Source of the DNA: an uncultured Bacteroidales bacterium
GTDB lineage: Bacteria; Bacteroidota; Bacteroidia; Bacteroidales; UBA10428
Direction of reading: 5' to 3'
NCBI GenBank assembly: GCA_965602045.1
Contig: CBFCXR010000003.1
Span: forward strand, 1-46,776
DNA: 46,776 nt
A model generated the notes under the pieces. The model was not told where the DNA came from, ran no database searches, and saw nothing but the letters and a program-made list of their open reading frames with translations. This document shows, one piece after another, positions 27,091 to 36,504 of the stretch. The position numbers were made by a program, and so were the translations under genes. Each line of letters opens with the position of its first letter. The first letter of the stretch is position 1.

Positions 27091-29199
27091 TTACCTCCAA
27101 CCCTCATTTTTTTCAAGTTCAGAAATATCTGGCATTTCAGAAGCAATTTTTTTCGACTCATTATATAATTCGTTAAGATTGCCTATATCAATATCTGCAC
27201 CTTGACGGATAAATAGAGGTATTTTATAAACAGGAGCATCAACTTCAATATATTCGCCGCCGGCATATACTTGCTCCGTATTCCAGGCATCAATCCATTT
27301 TTCACCTTTAGGAAGGTATAATCTATGCTTTTCTTTTCCTGTCTCCCAAATCGCAGAGACTAGTATATCCTGTCCCAGCAGATATGTCTGCCAGTTTTTC
27401 CATGCTTCCTCCTGATCGGGGTACATAATAAACATTGGGCGTACAACAGGCATTCCTGTTTTTGAAGCTTCTTCGGCCAGTGCCTGAATATAAGGAATCA
27501 GCCTAACTCTTATTTTTGAATATAACCTCCAGCAAGCAATTAATTCTACATCATAATGCGGTTCTTCCCTGTTATTCCAGAAGCCCCTGTTATTTGTGGG
27601 CCCAATTTCCATTATTGGAGAAAAACACCCAAATTCTATCCAGCGCATACAAGTTTCGCGGGAAAATTGTCCCCAGTAACCGCCAATATCAGAAGCCCAC
27701 AATGGATATCCCATTACAGCACATCGTTGCATAGCTATAATTGCTGATCTCAAACCTTCGGGTTTTCCATCGGTATCGCCAGCCCACATTCCCCCATAAA
27801 GTGCACTTCCGGTATATTGTGCACGCGGGAAAAGAATGAAATCATCTCCCAAAACAGACTTCACGGCATCGTAAGCAGCTTTAACATACTGATGCGGATA
27901 GTCATTATAATTTTCACGGTAAGTTCTACCACTAAATGTTTTCAGGTGAATTGAATCAGTTAACTTTTCACCGTCGGCCCGGTCAAGTTTAAATCCTTTA
28001 ATGCCCATAGCGGCAAGTTTACCCGGCCCATTTTCCCCCCACCATTTACATGCTTCGGGATTAGTGAAATCCATTAAAACCTGCCTGTAATCACGCCATT
28101 GCTTGCTTTTAAGGTAATAAGCTTTTTCTTCAGCGTAGTCTGCCATATTACCCATAACAAAGGGACCAATCCATATCATTAATTCAATATCTTTACCATT
28201 GAGCCATTTAATCATCTTTTCCGGTTCAGGAAATCTGGCCAAATCAAATTCATAGTCATCAAAACCCCTTACTCCGGGGCACCAGGGCCTATCAATCCAG
28301 TATGCCGAAACAGGAATATCATATGCTTTCATCATAAGAATATCCTCAACAAGATCGCTGTTAAAAGGTGCTCTAACTTCTGTACTGTCAAAATATTTCT
28401 TTTTATTAAAATGTTCGTCACGCCAGCGCCATGGCCCAAATGCCCAGGAAGGAGGGATAAAACATGGTCCGGTTTCCATGGTATGTTTTTTTATTATTTG
28501 TGCAGGAGAATTACCAAGATACATCTTAAACGCCAGGCTGGGACCTTCAAATGAAACCTGTACTGCCTCAGGAAATTCTTTACAAATGTCGAAAACTCCT
28601 GGCCATGTACCTTTTACAAAGAGTCCGTAATTTGCGGATGAAATATAAAAAGGTGAATACGCAGAAACTGTTGGTTTTAATTTCATCTCAATATTTTCAC
28701 CCCGCAGATTCATGGCAGTTTTTATACCATCATGCCATGAAAGATTCTGTTTACCATCAACTACTCTCTCAAATAATCCTGTAAAATATTCATCCTGTGT
28801 TGCTCCAAGATTAACATACCATCTATTTGCTGTTTTTTTAACATCACCTGTAAGAGACAACACAAAGCTCAAATCCTCATTTTCTTTATTAACCTGTAGT
28901 TTAACATTTGTAGTGGTATCAATTTCCCAAATATAAAATTCTCCATTTTCCTCTTTATGTGGAGTGGGATTACCTTTTATCCAGGTAATTTTTCCGTCTT
29001 TTTCAAATCCAATACTACCTGTTGAAGATGAAACAGGCCTAATTAATATTTTTTCTCCAGATATGTTCGAAATGCTGATAACAGGAAATTCATTTTCCGG
29101 ATTTGTAGCAATTTTAATATTACTTCTATAGTTGCAGGAATATAATATTAATAATATAAGATATGATATAAAATAAACAAGGTGTTTTAAGAATTTCAT
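27091..29199 (-). CDS. GH31 family glycoside hydrolase, lipoprotein
   Basis: PFYISS, PPSWAFGPW, RFPEP, DFTNPEACKWW, GFKLD (nucleophile), WAGD (acid/base), SDIGG, GMPVVRPM; lipobox LYSC. Confidence 0.88.
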   Translation of the reverse strand: MKFLKHLVYFISYLILLILYSCNYRSNIKIATNPENEFPVISISNISGEKILIRPVSSSTGSIGFEKDGKITWIKGNPTPHKEENGEFYIWEIDTTTNVKLQVNKENEDLSFVLSLTGDVKKTANRWYVNLGATQDEYFTGLFERVVDGKQNLSWHDGIKTAMNLRGENIEMKLKPTVSAYSPFYISSANYGLFVKGTWPGVFDICKEFPEAVQVSFEGPSLAFKMYLGNSPAQIIKKHTMETGPCFIPPSWAFGPWRWRDEHFNKKKYFDSTEVRAPFNSDLVEDILMMKAYDIPVSAYWIDRPWCPGVRGFDDYEFDLARFPEPEKMIKWLNGKDIELMIWIGPFVMGNMADYAEEKAYYLKSKQWRDYRQVLMDFTNPEACKWWGENGPGKLAAMGIKGFKLDRADGEKLTDSIHLKTFSGRTYRENYNDYPHQYVKAAYDAVKSVLGDDFILFPRAQYTGSALYGGMWAGDTDGKPEGLRSAIIAMQRCAVMGYPLWASDIGGYWGQFSRETCMRWIEFGCFSPIMEIGPTNNRGFWNNREEPHYDVELIACWRLYSKIRVRLIPYIQALAEEASKTGMPVVRPMFIMYPDQEEAWKNWQTYLLGQDILVSAIWETGKEKHRLYLPKGEKWIDAWNTEQVYAGGEYIEVDAPVYKIPLFIRQGADIDIGNLNELYNESKKIASEMPDISELEKNEGWR

Positions 29200-29287
29200 T
29201 AGATTATACCTTTAGATTAATGATGTATATTGTTCTTATAAAGCTTTTAGAAGTTTATTCTATATCCTTTAATAATGACTCCAATCA

Positions 29288-30781
29288 TTAGCTTAATCTT
29301 CTGTAAGTATCATTCATCTCACTTAGCAAGATTTTATATCTATCGTAATATGACTGGTAAATTTTACTGTCAGGTGAAGGTTCAATTACCTGTTCATTAT
29401 ATTTAACAATATTCCGCGCTTCATAGGGATTTCTGAACTCACCGATTCCTGATAATGCAAATAATGCTGCACCTAATACAGTCGTTTCTTTCTGGCCAAT
29501 AAGTTTTACTGGTATACCTGTAACATCTGCTCTTATCTGGTTCCATAATTTATTTTTTGATCCTCCTCCGACACAAATGATACATTCTGCTTTAAATTTA
29601 CCGGCCTTCTCCAATAATTCATTAGATTGCCTGGTTTTAAAAGACAAAGATTCAATACATGCTCTGAATATCTGGCCTCGCGTAGTATCCATTGAAATTC
29701 CCATTATTGAACCCATTCCTGAACCGCTTTCCGAGAAAAACTCAGGATGCATCATTACACCTTTACTACCTATTGGGGTGCTCATTGCTTCATTAATCAT
29801 CCTTTCATATATATTGTCATCCTTCCCGCCACCGTAAAACATATTTTTTACCCACTCAACAATACCGGAAGAGAGCCACATTATACCAATATCATAAAGA
29901 TTAGGGATAGGATCAAATTCGGTAGTTATACCGCTTTTAAAAGTATTTTCACCGCTGCTGAAGGTTTTTGAACGTACCATTAGTATTTCCCATGTTCCCG
30001 AGCTTAAAACAGGCTGGTTTTCTTTTGCACCGGAACCAAAGATAGCAAATTGAGTATCATGTCCTGAAATAATTACAGGCGTATCCTTCGGGATACCGGT
30101 ATCATCCGATGCTTTCCGTGTAACTTTCCCAACTACATTTCCGGGTCTGACTGCCGGGAGTAATTTTTTCATATCCACTCCAATGGCATCAAAGATCTCT
30201 TTTGAATAGCTTTGTGAGCTTAAGTCCGTAAGCATAGAAGTACCTGCCATTGTTGCATCATTAATCATTTCACCGGTAAGGAAATAAATAAAAATGGACG
30301 GGATAAACAGGAATTTATGCATCGATTCCAATATTTCAGGTTTGTTTTCTTTAAACCATATAAGTTTGTTAACAGTATTGAAACTGTATGGTTGCAGACC
30401 TGATAATTCATATATTTTCCCAAGAGCCATGTATTTATCAATATTATCCATAACAGGCTTTGTGCGCTCGCATTGCCACGAAATTACCGGATAAAGAAGT
30501 TTGCCTGTTTCAGATACAGGAGCTCCATCAACTCCAAAAGTGGTAATAGTAATTCCTGCAATATTCTTTTTATCTATGTTTTTCAATACAGCTTTTGTAG
30601 TATTAATGAGCTTAAGCCATATTTCATTTACATCCCATATACAAAAACTTTCATTATAGGGATCTTTACAGGTATTATTAGGAAGGGAATTTTGTGCAAT
30701 TACTACACCTTTATTATTTACAGCTACTGTTCTCACATTTGTTGCACCGCAGTCCATTACAAGTATTATTCTTTCAGCCAT
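29288..30781 (-). CDS. fucK: L-fuculokinase (FGGY family)
   Basis: DCGATNVR, TTFGVDG, YPVISWQC, GHDTQFAIFGSGA, LSSGTWEILM, GGGSKN. Confidence 0.93.
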   Translation of the reverse strand: MAERIILVMDCGATNVRTVAVNNKGVVIAQNSLPNNTCKDPYNESFCIWDVNEIWLKLINTTKAVLKNIDKKNIAGITITTFGVDGAPVSETGKLLYPVISWQCERTKPVMDNIDKYMALGKIYELSGLQPYSFNTVNKLIWFKENKPEILESMHKFLFIPSIFIYFLTGEMINDATMAGTSMLTDLSSQSYSKEIFDAIGVDMKKLLPAVRPGNVVGKVTRKASDDTGIPKDTPVIISGHDTQFAIFGSGAKENQPVLSSGTWEILMVRSKTFSSGENTFKSGITTEFDPIPNLYDIGIMWLSSGIVEWVKNMFYGGGKDDNIYERMINEAMSTPIGSKGVMMHPEFFSESGSGMGSIMGISMDTTRGQIFRACIESLSFKTRQSNELLEKAGKFKAECIICVGGGSKNKLWNQIRADVTGIPVKLIGQKETTVLGAALFALSGIGEFRNPYEARNIVKYNEQVIEPSPDSKIYQSYYDRYKILLSEMNDTYRRLS

Positions 30782-30821
30782 AGCATTGTTTAATGAAGGC
30801 TATTTACCTGGTAGCAAGTAA

Positions 30822-32618
30822 TCATTTATAAAGGGGGCCGTAATTATTACAGGCTCTGTAATCAGAACCTTCAGGTCTCATCCCGAAAGCACTCCATGCG
30901 CTGGGCCTGAATATATCATTTTTATTTACATTATGCATACATACAGGTATCCGGAGCATTGAAGCAAGTGTTATGAGATCTGCTCCGATATGCCCGTAAC
31001 TAATAGCACCATGATTGGCGCCCCAATTTGCCATTACCGAATATACATCCCTGAATGCTCCTTCACCGGTTAGGTTAGGTACAAACCAGGTAGTAGGCCA
31101 GGTCATATTAGTTCGTTCGTCCAGAATTTCATGTACATTCCTGGGGATATCCACACTATATCCTTCAGCTATCTGGAGTACAGGTCCCAGTCCTTTGATA
31201 AGATTAATCCTTGACATTGTTAAAGGCATACCTCCGATTGTTAAATACCTGGATGAAAAACCACCTCCCCTGAAGTATTCCCTGACAGCCGGGCACCATT
31301 CTGTTGCATTAAGACATTTATTCATTTCTTCTTTTGTAATTTCCCAGTATGGCTTCATTACGGGTTTTCCTTTTGCATCACTCTGCTGGCCTGTTCCATC
31401 CAATGTAGAGGGTCCTGAGTTTATAAGATGAATAATCCCTCCGCCTGCCGGACCGCTCAATTTCTTGCCTGTGACTCTTTCAACTGCTTCCGGACTCCAA
31501 TATGTTCTGACATCAGCAAAAATCTGTGATGTGTTGGTTAATAAATGTCCAAAAAGCATAGCTGCACCATTTAATGAATCATTTTCAGTAGCAACAACAA
31601 AAGATTGCCTTATACCGTTCCAATCAAATGATGAATTAAGAACAGCTTCGGTAAAGTCACCGTTTGGAAAGTGGTCTGTCCACTGCCTCTGCCCCTGAAA
31701 ACCTGAGACAATAGCATTATGCCCCATTGCTTCCTCCCCAAATCCTAATTCAGTTAGCTTTGGATTACCGATCATAAGATCACGGGCAATTATTGTCATC
31801 TTTACAACAAATTCCCATTCCTTGTCTTTATCTGCTCTTGATATCTGGTCTTTAGCCGGATTCTTGTCAATTCCTTCTTTACAGTTTTCTTTTACCCATT
31901 TTAATGCATTATTATATTCCTTCTTATCATAAATACCTTCATCAATTCTTCTTATAAATTCGGACATATCTATGTATTCATTTCTCATTCCCAGGTAATC
32001 CTGAAAAAACTCCTCATTTATAATAGAGCCTGCTATTCCCATAGACACAGAACCCATTGACAAGTATGATTTTCCTTTCATGGTTGCCACGGCAAGGCCT
32101 GCTTTTGCAAACCGTAATAATTTTTCCTGAACATCACCGGGAATTGATTTATCATCACTGTCCTGCACATCCTTCCCATAAATGCCAAATGCAGGAATTC
32201 CTTTCTGGTTATGTCCTGCCAGGGCAGCTGCGAGATATACTGCCCCGGGACGTTCCGTCCCGTTAAAACCCCAGATAGCCTTTGGTATATAGGGATCCAT
32301 ATCAATAGTTTCACTTCCATAGCACCAGCATGGTGTAACAGTCAATGAAATCCCCACACCCTCCTTTACAAATTTTTCCGCGGTCATCGCTGCCTCAGCA
32401 ACTCCGCCAATACATGTATCAGCAATAACACATTCCACCTTACTACCGTTAGAATGCTTTAAATTATTGCTTAGAAACTGAGCAACATTAGTTGCCATTC
32501 TCATTGTTTGATCTTCAAGACTCTCTCTTACTCCACCCAATCTACCATCAATGGTTGGGCGAATGCCTATTTTGGGTAGACTACCCTTCAATCTGTAACC
32601 GTTTTTATTTAAATTCAT
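30822..32618 (-). CDS. fucI: L-fucose (D-arabinose) isomerase
   Basis: [51 protein letters not shown]. Confidence 0.98.
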   Translation of the reverse strand: MNLNKNGYRLKGSLPKIGIRPTIDGRLGGVRESLEDQTMRMATNVAQFLSNNLKHSNGSKVECVIADTCIGGVAEAAMTAEKFVKEGVGISLTVTPCWCYGSETIDMDPYIPKAIWGFNGTERPGAVYLAAALAGHNQKGIPAFGIYGKDVQDSDDKSIPGDVQEKLLRFAKAGLAVATMKGKSYLSMGSVSMGIAGSIINEEFFQDYLGMRNEYIDMSEFIRRIDEGIYDKKEYNNALKWVKENCKEGIDKNPAKDQISRADKDKEWEFVVKMTIIARDLMIGNPKLTELGFGEEAMGHNAIVSGFQGQRQWTDHFPNGDFTEAVLNSSFDWNGIRQSFVVATENDSLNGAAMLFGHLLTNTSQIFADVRTYWSPEAVERVTGKKLSGPAGGGIIHLINSGPSTLDGTGQQSDAKGKPVMKPYWEITKEEMNKCLNATEWCPAVREYFRGGGFSSRYLTIGGMPLTMSRINLIKGLGPVLQIAEGYSVDIPRNVHEILDERTNMTWPTTWFVPNLTGEGAFRDVYSVMANWGANHGAISYGHIGADLITLASMLRIPVCMHNVNKNDIFRPSAWSAFGMRPEGSDYRACNNYGPLYK

Positions 32619-32671
32619 TATGCTTAGATTTAAAATTTTAATTATTTAGAAATAATCAGTTCTTATACAAA

Positions 32672-33394
32672 CTAAAAGTTTCCATATATTGCATCTGACT
32701 CTGTATTACAATAAAATGATGAAAAAAAACAAAATCCAATCCTGTTTGTATCTAATTTTCTTTCCAGGTGTAATATTGGCTGGCCATTTTTCATCTGCAG
32801 ATATTCACTGATTTTATCGTCTGCTGCAATAGCCCTTATTTTTTGCTCACCACCTTTAACTTTTATTTTGTAATGTTCTCTAAAGATATCAAACAGTGAT
32901 TTATTTTCAAAGTTTCTGGAAATAAATCGCGGCAGGTTAATATTTGGTATGTAGTTAATATCATATGATCTGGGTATTCCATCTATAAAACGTAACCTTT
33001 CCATATATATGCAACCAACCTCCGTTATTTCTTCTGCAATATCAAACATAAATGGTTTCTCCCACTTAATAAGCTTTGGTTTAACTATAATTTTTGTTCT
33101 TAAATTCTTTTCTCCAACAGCAGAAGTAAATCCTTTAAGTGATAATATCCCTATACCTTTGGGCAGTGGATTTACAACACTCCCCCTACCCTGTTGTTTT
33201 TTAATATATCCGTCATTTACAAGTTCCTGCAAAGCCTGCCTTACAGTTGGCCTTGTTAGGTTATGAGTTATACATAATTCATTTTCAGATGGTAATAAGT
33301 CCCCTTCTTTATATATCCCATTATTTATGTGTTTGCGTAAAAGTTCGTAAAGCTTTTTGTATTGAGGGGTATTAGTAGTATTGTATTCCACCAT
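32672..33394 (-). CDS. GntR family regulator, HutC subfamily (UTRA domain)
   Basis: LPSENEL...TRPTVRQALQELVNDGYIKKQQGRGS wHTH followed by a UTRA-like C-domain (ERLR, SLFD, LERK). Confidence 0.92.
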   Translation of the reverse strand: MVEYNTTNTPQYKKLYELLRKHINNGIYKEGDLLPSENELCITHNLTRPTVRQALQELVNDGYIKKQQGRGSVVNPLPKGIGILSLKGFTSAVGEKNLRTKIIVKPKLIKWEKPFMFDIAEEITEVGCIYMERLRFIDGIPRSYDINYIPNINLPRFISRNFENKSLFDIFREHYKIKVKGGEQKIRAIAADDKISEYLQMKNGQPILHLERKLDTNRIGFCFFSSFYCNTESDAIYGNF

Positions 33395-33646
33395 TTAAAG
33401 TATTAGAAATATATTTTATAATATATAATACAAATTTTTGACACCAAATCAGGAATAAAGATATGTAAATATAAATAACATAACATATTATTACAAATAT
33501 CGTATAATAATTTTTTTAAGATAAATTAATTTATATTGGTTATCTAAATTGACATTTATTTATATTGTTGTGTTTCTGTATTTTACAATTCTTATATCAG
33601 TATATTACTATTAATATTCATCAGGATTATTACAGTATAATTTTAA

Positions 33647-33662
33647 ACTTGTATATACAAGT
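33647..33662. promoter_or_regulatory. Perfect 16-bp palindrome ACTTGTATATACAAGT, HutC-type GntR operator
   Basis: Exact inverted repeat fitting the GT-N-TA-N-AC pattern of HutC-subfamily sites; lies between the GntR gene and the E2 gene. Confidence 0.8.
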
Positions 33663-33663
33663 G

Positions 33664-33694
33664 TTGTAATTTATCAGAACATATTGTATTTTTG
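33664..33694 (+). promoter_or_regulatory. Bacteroidota sigma70 promoter for the E2-E3-E1 operon (TTG-N20-TATTTTTG)
   Basis: TTG at 33664-33666 and TATTTTTG at 33687-33694, 45 bp upstream of the E2 start. Confidence 0.65.
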
Positions 33695-33739
33695 AATTAT
33701 AATAATTTTATAAAAATCTAAATTTAAAATAGTTATTTC

Positions 33740-35074
33740 ATGGCAGTACCTGTATTAATGCCCAAGCAAGGCCAGTCAGTTGAATCATGTATAATTACCA
33801 AATGGCACAAAAAATCCGGGGATAAAGTTAACAAGGGAGAAGAAATATTTTCTTATGAAACAGATAAAGCTTCATTTGAACAGGAGTCACCTGCAAATGG
33901 TATTTTACTCGAAATATTTTATAATGAAGGAGATGAAGTACCGGTTCTAACATATGTAGCTGTCATAGGTAATAAAGGTGAAAATACCGACACGTTCAAA
34001 CCCGGTGTAAGTAAGGAAAGTGATAAGGAAAAAATCCCGGATAAAAAAGGCGGAGAAGCACCGGAAAAAGAGATTTCAACTATTGAAGATAGAAAAATTG
34101 AAATTGTAAAAAATGATGGCCAGAGCATTATTATTAGCCCCAGGGCAAAAAAGTTAGCTGAAAAACTTGGTGTTTATTACAAAAACATTAAAGGATCAGG
34201 GCCGAGTAACAGGATTATTGAAAAAGATATTAAAGCAGCAGCTGAACTTCCCAGGATGACACCCCTTGCAACAGAAAAGGCAAACGATGTATCATTAGCG
34301 CCTTCCGGAAAAACATCAGGAATAGGAGGAAGAGTATTAGCCAGCGATTTAGCTGTTTTAGACGGAAAAACCATGGATTATACAGATGAAGAATTAAGTA
34401 ATATCAGACGTATTATTGCCGTAAACATGCATAAGTCAATTCAAAACTCAGCACAACTTACACATCACATGAGTGCGGATGCCAGAAATATGCTCAATCT
34501 GAGGAAAAAAATAAAAAAGGAAATCGAAAATAATAAAAAAGTTGAAAATATCACATTGAATGATATGGTATGTTTTGCTGTTATTAATGCCATAAAAAAG
34601 CATCCGGAAATTAATTGCCATTTCCTGGGAGAAAAAATCCGGAAATTCAAAAAAGTACATCTGGGTTTTGCGGTTGATACTCCTCGCGGATTAATGGTTC
34701 CTGTTGTAACAAATGCCGATGACCTGACTTTAGATAGCTTATCTATACAGTTGAAAAATCTTGCAGAGCAATGTAAAAAGGGCAATATTGATCCGGAACT
34801 GATAAATAGTACTGCAGGATCTTTTACCGTGTCAAATTTAGGTTATTACGGTGTAGAAATGTTTACACCAATAATTAATTTACCGCAGGTAGGAATCTTA
34901 GGTGTTAATACTATTATTCAAAGGCCGGCAGATACAGGCGGTGGTGTCCTGGGTTTTGTCCCGCATATAGGAATCTCCCTTACTTATGACCATAGGGCAA
35001 TAGATGGCGGACCAGCCTCTGCGTTTTTAAAATCAATTAAAGAAGAAATAGAGAATATTAGTTTTGATAAATAA
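33740..35074 (+). CDS. Dihydrolipoamide acyltransferase (E2)
   Basis: Lipoyl motif ETDKA, subunit-binding domain SPRAKKLA...GSGPSNRI, FTVSNLG, catalytic DHRAIDG. Confidence 0.95.
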   Translation: MAVPVLMPKQGQSVESCIITKWHKKSGDKVNKGEEIFSYETDKASFEQESPANGILLEIFYNEGDEVPVLTYVAVIGNKGENTDTFKPGVSKESDKEKIPDKKGGEAPEKEISTIEDRKIEIVKNDGQSIIISPRAKKLAEKLGVYYKNIKGSGPSNRIIEKDIKAAAELPRMTPLATEKANDVSLAPSGKTSGIGGRVLASDLAVLDGKTMDYTDEELSNIRRIIAVNMHKSIQNSAQLTHHMSADARNMLNLRKKIKKEIENNKKVENITLNDMVCFAVINAIKKHPEINCHFLGEKIRKFKKVHLGFAVDTPRGLMVPVVTNADDLTLDSLSIQLKNLAEQCKKGNIDPELINSTAGSFTVSNLGYYGVEMFTPIINLPQVGILGVNTIIQRPADTGGGVLGFVPHIGISLTYDHRAIDGGPASAFLKSIKEEIENISFDK

Positions 35075-35097
35075 CTTAATTATATAATTAAATAAAA

Positions 35098-36462
35098 ATG
35101 GTATATGATCTTGGTATTATTGGTGGTGGCCCGGCCGGTCATGTGGCAGCGGAACGAGCCGGACAACTTGGCCTAAAAGTTATTCTTTTTGAAAAAGACA
35201 AGCTTGGTGGTGTATGTTTAAATGAAGGATGCATACCAACAAAAACACTGTTATATGTGGCGAAACTTTATGAAAATGCAAAGAATAGTGACCTATATGG
35301 TATACAGTGCAATAGTGTTGCATTTGATTTTCATAAGATTATGCAAAGGAAGAGCAGGGTGGTTAATAAATTAAGAAGCGGTGTGAGTCAAAAGATGAAA
35401 ACAAATAATGTGGATGTTGTTGATAAACATGCTATAATTCAGGGCAAAGAAAATAAGCTGATAATAGTTGGTTCGGCAAATGATTTCTGGTCATGCAAAA
35501 ATATCCTTATCTCAACAGGTTCACTGCCAATTATCCCCCCAATAAATGGATTGAAAAAGGAAGAAATTTATACCAATAAGGAAATACTTGAAATTAAGGA
35601 TTTACCTGAAAGTCTGATTATTATCGGAGCAGGTGCCATAGGTATTGAATTTGCCGGCTTTTTCAACTCAATGGGCACTAAAGTATCCGTATTGGAAATT
35701 ATGCCGGAAATTCTCCCCGGAACAGATAAAGAAATAGCTAATATTTTAAAAAATGAACTGGAAAAGAAAGGAGTAGACTTTCATTTGAATTCCAGGGCAA
35801 CTGAAATTAAATCAAAAAATAAGAATAAGGTAGTGATTGCCGAAAGCAATGGGGAAAAAATTGAGGTTTCGGGTGAAAAACTGCTTGTATCAGTTGGCCG
35901 TGAACCGGTTATAAAAGATTTTGGACTTGAGAACATAGGTGTACTCACTGAAAAAGGCAGAATATTAATTGATACAAAGTGCCTGACAAACATTCCAAAT
36001 GTATATGCTGCAGGCGATGTTACAGGACATTCATTTTTAGCACATACTGCAAGCAGGCAAGGCGAAGTGGTAATAAATAATATTGCAGGGAGGAAAGACC
36101 TGATGCGTTATAATGCTATACCTTCGGTAATATATACAAATCCTGAAATTGCCGGTGTCGGTATTACTGAAGAAGATGCACAAAAAAGAAATATCAAATA
36201 CAAGTCTGGTATCTTACCTATGGCTTATTCAGGAAGGTTTGTAGCTGAGAATGAGGGTAAGAACGGCATGATAAAAGTTATTGCCGGAGAAAAATATGGC
36301 GAGATTCTTGGCGTACATATGATAGGAAATCCTTCTTCTGAAATTATTTATGGCGCTGCAGCTATGATTGAAGCGGAGCTTCGTATAAATGATATAAAGG
36401 AGATAATATTTCCTCACCCTACTGTTTCAGAAATCATCAAAGAAGCTATCTTTTCATTCTAA
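35098..36462 (+). CDS. lpdA: Dihydrolipoamide dehydrogenase (E3)
   Basis: GGGPAG, GGVCLNEGCIP redox disulfide, GAGAIGIE, HPTVSE. Confidence 0.96.
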   Translation: MVYDLGIIGGGPAGHVAAERAGQLGLKVILFEKDKLGGVCLNEGCIPTKTLLYVAKLYENAKNSDLYGIQCNSVAFDFHKIMQRKSRVVNKLRSGVSQKMKTNNVDVVDKHAIIQGKENKLIIVGSANDFWSCKNILISTGSLPIIPPINGLKKEEIYTNKEILEIKDLPESLIIIGAGAIGIEFAGFFNSMGTKVSVLEIMPEILPGTDKEIANILKNELEKKGVDFHLNSRATEIKSKNKNKVVIAESNGEKIEVSGEKLLVSVGREPVIKDFGLENIGVLTEKGRILIDTKCLTNIPNVYAAGDVTGHSFLAHTASRQGEVVINNIAGRKDLMRYNAIPSVIYTNPEIAGVGITEEDAQKRNIKYKSGILPMAYSGRFVAENEGKNGMIKVIAGEKYGEILGVHMIGNPSSEIIYGAAAMIEAELRINDIKEIIFPHPTVSEIIKEAIFSF

Positions 36463-36504
36463 GTTTATTATATATTATTATCGAAAATTTAAATATTTAT
36501 AACA

